Assembly (NCBI RefSeq): GCF_001194135.2
Contig: NC_068982.1
Span: forward strand, 190,312,122-190,367,103
Direction: 5' to 3'
DNA length: 54,982 nucleotides
From: Octopus bimaculoides
Taxonomy: Eukaryota
Positions 48,216-54,982 of the stretch are shown here, piece after piece (position 1 is the stretch's first letter; every line of letters starts with the position of its first letter). The notes beneath the pieces were generated by a model that did not search any database, was not told where the DNA came from, and saw nothing but the letters and a program-made list of their open reading frames with translations. Both the position numbers and the translations under genes were made by a program.

Positions 48216-48639
48216 CACTCTCAGGAAGCTGGGCCCACTTATTTAGCAACTGCTAGGTGTCTTCTTGTTGTTATTTGAATGCCACCTTTTGTGAGGATTG
48301 AACTCGGAACTTTTGGGTGATCTTATCGCTCGGTTACAAAGACCACTGCACGAACTTGCACTATTTACAGTGCAGCTCCATAGAACGTTGATTGCTTTCA
48401 TGTCTGTTTCTATATTGAGTTTTGGTTAAGGATGGACAGTTCAGAACCTATGCGGCTGAATGTCAATCTCCAATCTTCACATATTCTACTGGTTGTCTTA
48501 TAGTCTTTTCACAGAACTTAAGAAAAGTTTTTGCCATTTTATAGCGAGAAAATCCCTTTTTTTTATCAGCTTGGATGTCAGTTTCTTTAAGTTGGTTCCT
48601 GATGTAATGTTATTCTGCTTTATCTTGTCCCTTATCAAA

Positions 48640-48832
48640 TATTGCTTCAAATTTTGGCACAAGGCCAGCAATTTCTGGGGATAAGGTGAGTCGATTAGTT
48701 CTCAGTTGGTACTTATTTATCGACCCCCCCCCCCAGAAGGATGAAAGGTAAAATCGCCCACGGAGGAATTTGAACTCAAAACGTAAAGACGCTAAGTATT
48801 TTGTCTGGCGTGCAAACGATTCTCGCGCCTTA
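48640..48832 (-). mobile_element. SINE family A
   Basis: TTTTGGCACAAGGCCAGCAATTTC...GGATGAAAGGTAAAATCG...GAATTTGAACTC. Confidence 0.8.
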
Positions 48833-48839
48833 TTAACAA

Positions 48840-49130
48840 GTGGCACTCCGAGTGTTCCACTTGATCCGATCAACGAACAGCCTGCTCGGGAAATCAGCAC
48901 ACGTTCCCTAAACATAGTTTCCTGAGAACCCTTAACATACTTCTCAGGGAGATTCAGTGTGACAAGGCAGGTCCCCATTGAATTACTGGTACAACTCATA
49001 TTTTGCCAGCTGAGTGGACTGTAGCAAAGTGAAATAGACATCTCTTGCTCAAGGACACAACGCGTCGCCGGGAATCGAACTCTCCACCTTACGATCGTGA
49101 GCCTAACCACGAAGACGCACGCCTTCACGT
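48840..49130 (-). mobile_element. SINE family B, near full length
   Basis: GTGTTCCACTTGATCCGATCAACG...CTTGCTCAAGGACACAACGCG...GGGAATCGAACTC...CACGCCTTCAC. Confidence 0.83.
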
Positions 49131-49522
49131 CTCTCATATCCAATATTAAGACAAAGCTTTCACGGTATTTTAGACTTGGATCTAATGTTTATTTAAATCA
49201 ATAATAAATTTTGAAAACTCCTCGAAACACAGACTCAAGTAAAAAAATAAATGAACAATTAAATTTCTTCCGTGTTAGCATTTTATTATTTTAGTATTTA
49301 CTAAATTAGTTTTTTATTATTTTTATTTAATGGTTTTTATGATCTTAGAGTAATTTTATATTTTCTAATTGCATAACTGCCATTAGTGGTAAAGTTATAA
49401 TTAAATATATTTACCCAATTCCAAACGTTGGGTGGTCTACTTTAAAGCCTGTCGTTAATGTAATATTTCCCACAAGCTTAACTCATTTCTTTCAACTCTA
49501 ATTGTATACAAATAGGTCTATA

Positions 49523-50081
49523 TACGAGGGTGAGTCAAAAAGTAATGTCATTTTGTTTGGGACAGGTATAATTACCACCACAGGAACATGTATCATACAT
49601 CAAAATGAAGCTTATTATGAGTTTATTGTTTTTCCTTTTGGCAAGAAATCGACCAGAATGACACCTTGAGCATCCCAAAAGACAGTCGCCATGATTTTTC
49701 CAGCTGACTTTTGCATCTTGAACTTTTTTGGTGGTGGTGACGTTGAGTGGCACCATTCCATTGACTGCCTCTTTGATTCCGGTTCATAATGATGAACCCA
49801 TGTTTCATCACCTGTTACGAACCTTCGAAAGAAGGTATTGTCTCTTTGACTTTATAGTGAAGAAATGGCTCAAAGAACAGACAACAGAATTTTACGGGGC
49901 AGGGATACATGTTCTCATTCGAAGGCGGAACATTGCTATTGAGAGAAACGGTGACTATGTTGAGAAGTAGCAATGTGATCCACAGAGGACCAGCTTCATT
50001 TTGATGTATGATACATGTCCCTGTGTTGGTAATTATATCTGTCCTAAACAAAATGGCGTTACTTTTTGACTCACCCTCGTA
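49523..50081. mobile_element. Rearranged mariner derivative with ~90-bp inverted ends
   Basis: TA-CGAGGGTGAGTCAAAAAGTAA...TGAAGCT at both ends. Minus strand encodes GDETWVHHYEPESKRQSMEW..KSAGKIMATVFWDAQGVILVDFL. Plus strand encodes VKKWLKEQTTEFY..RNGDYVEK. Confidence 0.92.
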
Positions 50082-50899
50082 CTAGAAAATATGATATATA
50101 TGATCTTGAATCAGTCGAATTGCTGCAGAACTTAGTTTACTTCAGAAGACATTGTTTATTATTATTGAAGTTTCCCACATACAGCAATGGCTCTTCTGCA
50201 GAGCTTCGTATCACATCCATCGGGTGTCGCGGTAATGTTATTTCGAAGAAGAGATAATCTCACTGAGCAAGTTCTACCTATCACAACCCTGGCCAAACCA
50301 ATGCCAGGTGAGTGAAATTTGATAGACAGAAATTATGAGGAAGCGCATCGTATATTTGTACTGAAACGTCTAGTCTGAGACTCAAGAGTACAAAGGCTTT
50401 TCGATAGGTCAGAGTGATGTAGGCAAGAATTTATAACAAAACCAAGCGGATACGCAGTTACTCAACAGAGGAGAAATAATGGTGCAAGAAATGTCTAAGA
50501 TGAAAGCGAGATATTGGAAGAGAGGTGGTTGATATGCAAATCAATGGAACTAGATATTGTACTTGATGGAACAGTTTAAAAATATGGGTGGCTTGTCGCA
50601 TGTTGTGGTCAACGAGTAACACAACTAATAACAGGTTGAGAGCATTTCTTGTACGATTCTAGAAAGCTCTATCTACGGTGGTAACGTTCAGTTCGTGGTG
50701 CAACCCTATGGAGATGTGTGAGTCAAGATCCATCTGTGATGACATTTCTATTAATTTAGATTAATCAACATAAAATATGAGGTGACAGCTTGAAGAAGGA
50801 GAAACCAACATAAATCGATGGCCTGGCATAGTGCGAACCATTTTAGTTAATATTGTCGATTTAATTTCAAGGTTTACTAAATGAAAATATGAAAGACCT

Positions 50900-51385
50900 T
50901 TCTTTCATCAGGTGGTAAAGCAGCTTTGGAGGTGTTTCAGCACCCTCTCCCCACAGCAATATCAGAGCTGTCTGGGGTCCGCCACTGACATTGGCGACAG
51001 AAACCCCTGCACAATACCACCATCTTTGTTGAGTCAGATGTTGCAACTCTAGACTAGAGATTTCTACTATCCCCAGTGCTTGTTCTTGCTGTATCACCCC
51101 TAACTCTTGAGCAAGATGTAATGGTTAACTTTTTTAAACGGCTTCTGGCCATTTTCTGGCAGCATCTTTTCTTTCATTCGCTCATCGAATGAGCCCTGTT
51201 TCCAACAAATCCTCCAACGCTATCTCTACAGGAAGGCATATTGCCTTCCATCTGTTGTTTTCACCAGAGTTTAACCAACTCTCTGTATTTTTTTATTTTT
51301 CCCGAGGAAATCATCTTCGATGTCCGCTTCTCAGGGAACTGTCAACCCTACCACTTCTCCACACTTCACCTGTATGATGTCACCC
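50900..51385 (-). pseudogene. R2-group RLE LINE 3' remnant (HERO-like)
   Basis: Reverse complement: DII...GLTVP*EADIEDD..KKYRELV..RWKAICLPVEI..GGFVG, resembling ELTVPWEE...KKAKY.ELV...C.PVEVGCRGF. Confidence 0.62.
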
Positions 51386-51566
51386 AACTATATATTTGAG
51401 TGGTACTTATTTTATCCCAACCTTCCACTCCTCTTACATATCCCTGGAGATGGCAGGTGAAGTTGATCTTGTGGAAGGAAGCTGACTACCCCCACGTAAC
51501 TAAAAGTGGACTGACGCATTTCAATAGAATAAAGAAACTGTAAACTGTCAGCAGTTGACAGCGGTA

Positions 51567-52212
51567 TTTTTCTGTTCGATTTAGTCATTTTTGATCCCTA
51601 TTGGACGTGAGTCGCATTGTTGGTTGCTTGTTGAAGGTCTCCCGTAAGGGTGAACCTAATTGTTGAACCTCATTGTTGAATTGTTGAATTGTTGTTGCTG
51701 CTTTTTTGTCTGTGATTTTATATTTGTTTCCTTCCCCATTTATGGGTGAAGTGAAAAAAAAAATGAAGAATGGAGTGCGAACCAATTCCAGCCGACAGTT
51801 ATGCTTCAGTCACTGGAAGAGATTTAGCTGCTGACGCATTAGAGGTTCGAGAAGTTAAAATTGAGCCAAAGAAGCTAAAGGAATACAACAGACTAATACA
51901 ACCGCCAGATTATGAGGACCTTACATAAAAAGGTGAAAAAAAAGTAGGCAAATATTTGGAATTTTAATGACTGTAAAACTGATGCAAAAAGGGGGAAAAA
52001 GAGAAAAAAGAAAAATGATATAAAAACGTTTAACTAAAACATTTAAAATGATACTGCTTGTGAATGGGGAGCATGCAGCCATTTCCCCTCCATTATTATA
52101 ATTCATCCTCCATTCGTTCGTTGTGTGTGATTTTTGTCCCCATTGTAGCGTTCTGTCTGTCCTTGTGATGTCCCCCTCTGTGTATGAGCCTGTGTGCTCA
52201 AATAAAGAAAAG
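51567..52212 (+). mobile_element. Internally deleted non-LTR element (putative Tx1/L1-derived) with a 14-bp TSD
   Basis: TSD AGTTGACAGCGGTA at 51553-66 and 52213-26. 52-aa ORF at 51770-51928. AATAAAGAAA 3' end. Confidence 0.75.
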
Positions 52213-53959
52213 AGTTGACAGCGGTACAGTTGATAGCATTGATCGTTCGTATTGGATTACTGCGTTAGTTTAATATCGTACCTACGTTGGGTGTATGTTC
52301 TGCGTGAACATTAATTCTGCAAAAGGTTATTCTAAATAACCATATCTAAATATTTATTTGGGTAATACAATTCCTACACCCTTGTGCACACCCCAACATC
52401 CTCATAACCTTATTGGCGACAAGATATTCAACCCCGCCGAAGACATAACAGTTGATCACAGCTGGGTTCAAGCTGAAGACAGAACTGCACCTAAATACGA
52501 CAAAGCGTTAATATGAATCTCCATCGATTCCGCTAAGCCCCCATTTTTTCATTGTTAGGAAAAATAATGTCACATTTGCCTAGATTTATTTCAAATATTT
52601 GGATAGCGATACCAAGAGGTGATTTGCTTGCAAATAGTTTAGTTCATATCTTTTCGATTGACACATCTCACTTGTAATGTATTCCTCGAATTTCAGCAGA
52701 ACAGGTCGATGTTGTTTTATTATGTCTACGAATTTTAACTACGTTTTAGCAAAAATCTGGAAGGGAATTAACAGGTATTAATTATCAGATATCATCTAAC
52801 AAATAGAAAGTGAAATGTTCGAATCCAAAGACCTAGTTTTCGGTAACATAACATTGGAAGTGGATAATAGTTTATTCCCCTTCCCAAATAAGTTACAATT
52901 TGTCAAATAGAAACGGCTACGATTCTTCGTTGTCTGCGATATTTGAATAGTTTTCTGCTTTGTTCAGTTTTGGTAAAGCTGGTTATTTGTAATTTTACAT
53001 CAGAATTCTAAATCCTTCCATTTAATCCTTATTTTGGTTCCTTGAACACATTATCCGTTTCAAATAAGAATTGATAAACATTAGTCTCCAGAGAATTTGT
53101 TTAATAAAAGATTTATCATGAAGTCAGTTCTTCATGATTTGGATTATTTTGTTTGAACTTTCCCGAGGACATCTCACTCTCTATATTTCCTGATTCTGTA
53201 TTTGCAAATTATTATTCTTTTTGTCTTAAAACAATAACATTTTACCTTTCTATAGTTCTCTGAATAACCTATTAATCCTTATTCTCTGGAGTAATGTTTT
53301 ACCATTCTCTCCAGACGCAAGTTTTCGTTAACCTTCAGTGCTACACAGTTTATCTTTGAATTTTTTCGCTAAAATCGTTTGTCTTCCTTTCAATACTTTC
53401 AGGTTCACTAAATTTCCAATTTATTATCATTAAGGCTATAATTAATTACAACGACTAATACATTAAACTTGTTTCATTCCTGGTTTTTGATTTTGATATG
53501 TATGGATAGCCTAATTTGCCAGAGCTGTCCTTTATCGATTTATTTCCTACATTGATATTTTCTCCGGTTTGTTACACAGAAATTCAAACGATATTAAGTA
53601 TTCATGACTCTTTTTTCCAGTATGAAGTCTTTAGTATCAACATCGCGTTTTGATTTTAGAAATTTTTTTTTTCCACTTGATCTTGGAACTCATTTTTCTT
53701 TTCTTTTCAGTAGGCCATTGAACTGTTTTCTTTATTTTATTGTATTTTCAAAATCTTTTAAGCTCTTGGCAACAAATTTCTTTCTTCAAACCCGTCATAC
53801 TAAAAATTAATCGGCTTGAAAAAATTAAGCTTTATTTCGTCTTAGGATTCGAGAAGTTAATGCGACAACAAAATGTATCTGCCATACATACATACATACA
53901 TGCATACATACATACATACATACATACATACAGACAGACATACATACATACAGAGACAA

Positions 53960-54625
53960 AATTGATCCCCAAATGCAGAACCACCCACATCACAAAAACT
54001 ACCGGTCAATTGCATGCCAGAACTTAATGTTTAAGATATATAGAGCATGCTTACACCTCTTCCTCCAAGACAATTGTGAAACCAATAACAAGCAGCTGGG
54101 AAGAAGGGAGTCTGGGAATGTACCAAGCAATTATTAATCAACAAAACTGTGATGTAAGAGGTGCGAGACATAGGAGGAACCTAGTTTCAATGTGGCTAGA
54201 CTACAAGAAAGCCTTTGACTCTGTTACCCACTCATGGATGCTACAAGTTCTTCAACTTGCTAAAGTTCCAGTGAGCATAATCAAAGCCATAGCTAACATG
54301 ACTTCATCGTGGACCACCATCTTGAAATTACACACCAAGAGTGACTGTATTATTACTGATAGAATACAATATCGCAAAGGCATATTCCAAGGAGGTAGCC
54401 TCTCTGTGATGTTGTTTATACTTTCTGTAAACCCCTTGTCGTGCATGAAATTTTACAGGATATCTCACTGGTTCACAAGCGAACAGAAATATCTAAATTA
54501 CACACTGTTTCTTTGTGGATGACTTGAAACGAGAGCCTCGACCTAGTTACAACATTCTCAAAGAATGTAGGGTTGGAGTTTGATCAGGATAAATGTTGTT
54601 ATATGGTTGTGAAAAGCGGGAAAAC
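53960..54625 (+). pseudogene. R4/Dong-clade reverse transcriptase remnant
   Basis: LIPK..KNYRSIACQNLMFK; WLDYKKAFDSVTHSWM; GIFQGGSLSVMLF; ITHCFFVDDLK; LVTTFSKNVGLEFDQDKC. Contains frameshifts. Confidence 0.92.
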
Positions 54626-54982
54626 ATTTAAAATGTGTAAAACTTTCCAGAAGTTTATCATTTAAGTACATACGAGCATGCCTATATATGCAAGTATATG
54701 CACGAGAAGACATACATAAAACAAAACATACAAATCTGCACGCATACATACATACAATCATACATACAAACATACATACATGCACACATACATACATACA
54801 TACATTCAAACATATATCTATGCATAAAAAGATAAAAACACGTAAACACACACATACAAACACATACCGCTGTATCAGTGTATCAACCAGACTATCAGAA
54901 CTTGTTATACACCGCTGATCACAATACGCTTCCTTGCATTGTATGAATGATGTCGTCCTGCAAGTATTGCCATATATATATA

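Noticed and set aside
4016-49130. tRNA genes
   Set aside because: All tRNA-like segments are SINE heads with A/B boxes that continue into SINE bodies and lack a complete cloverleaf.
52900-53420. Possible R4-like N-terminal remnant on the minus strand
   Set aside because: Only a vague resemblance (RINRLFREL) and no diagnostic motif.

Overview
Eukaryotic, AT-rich, gap-riddled draft-assembly window. N-runs sit almost always at microsatellites. I find no supportable host protein-coding gene, tRNA or rRNA gene, or CRISPR array. The SINE families and microsatellite load match what I recall of octopod cephalopod genomes; the organism is an inference. The window is a transposon graveyard. It contains (i) three Penelope-like element (PLE) remnants: two complementary halves of a Naiad-type element about 15 kb apart in opposite orientation, and one CCHH-type GIY-YIG end; (ii) at least six R4/Dong-clade LINE fragments plus a noncoding ~530-bp element that ends in (TAA)n; (iii) Tx1/L1, CR1/L2, RTE and HERO-like LINE remnants; (iv) four mariner derivatives and hAT-like, piggyBac-like, palindromic and possibly Helentron-type non-autonomous elements; (v) about 20 tRNA-derived SINE copies of three families, here called A, B and C (my labels). 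Most interesting by eye: several distinct minimal hammerhead-ribozyme motifs, one with a compensated U3-A8 core and one inside a tRNA-headed SINE; a ~135-codon Asn/Ser/Thr-rich insert inside a GIY-YIG nuclease; a possible ~16-kb inversion splitting a Naiad element; and an internally deleted Tx1-like element with a perfect 14-bp TSD that shares its 3' tail with SINE A. All family assignments are manual motif recognition, not database searches, and most TE boundaries are approximate (+/-20-50 bp).
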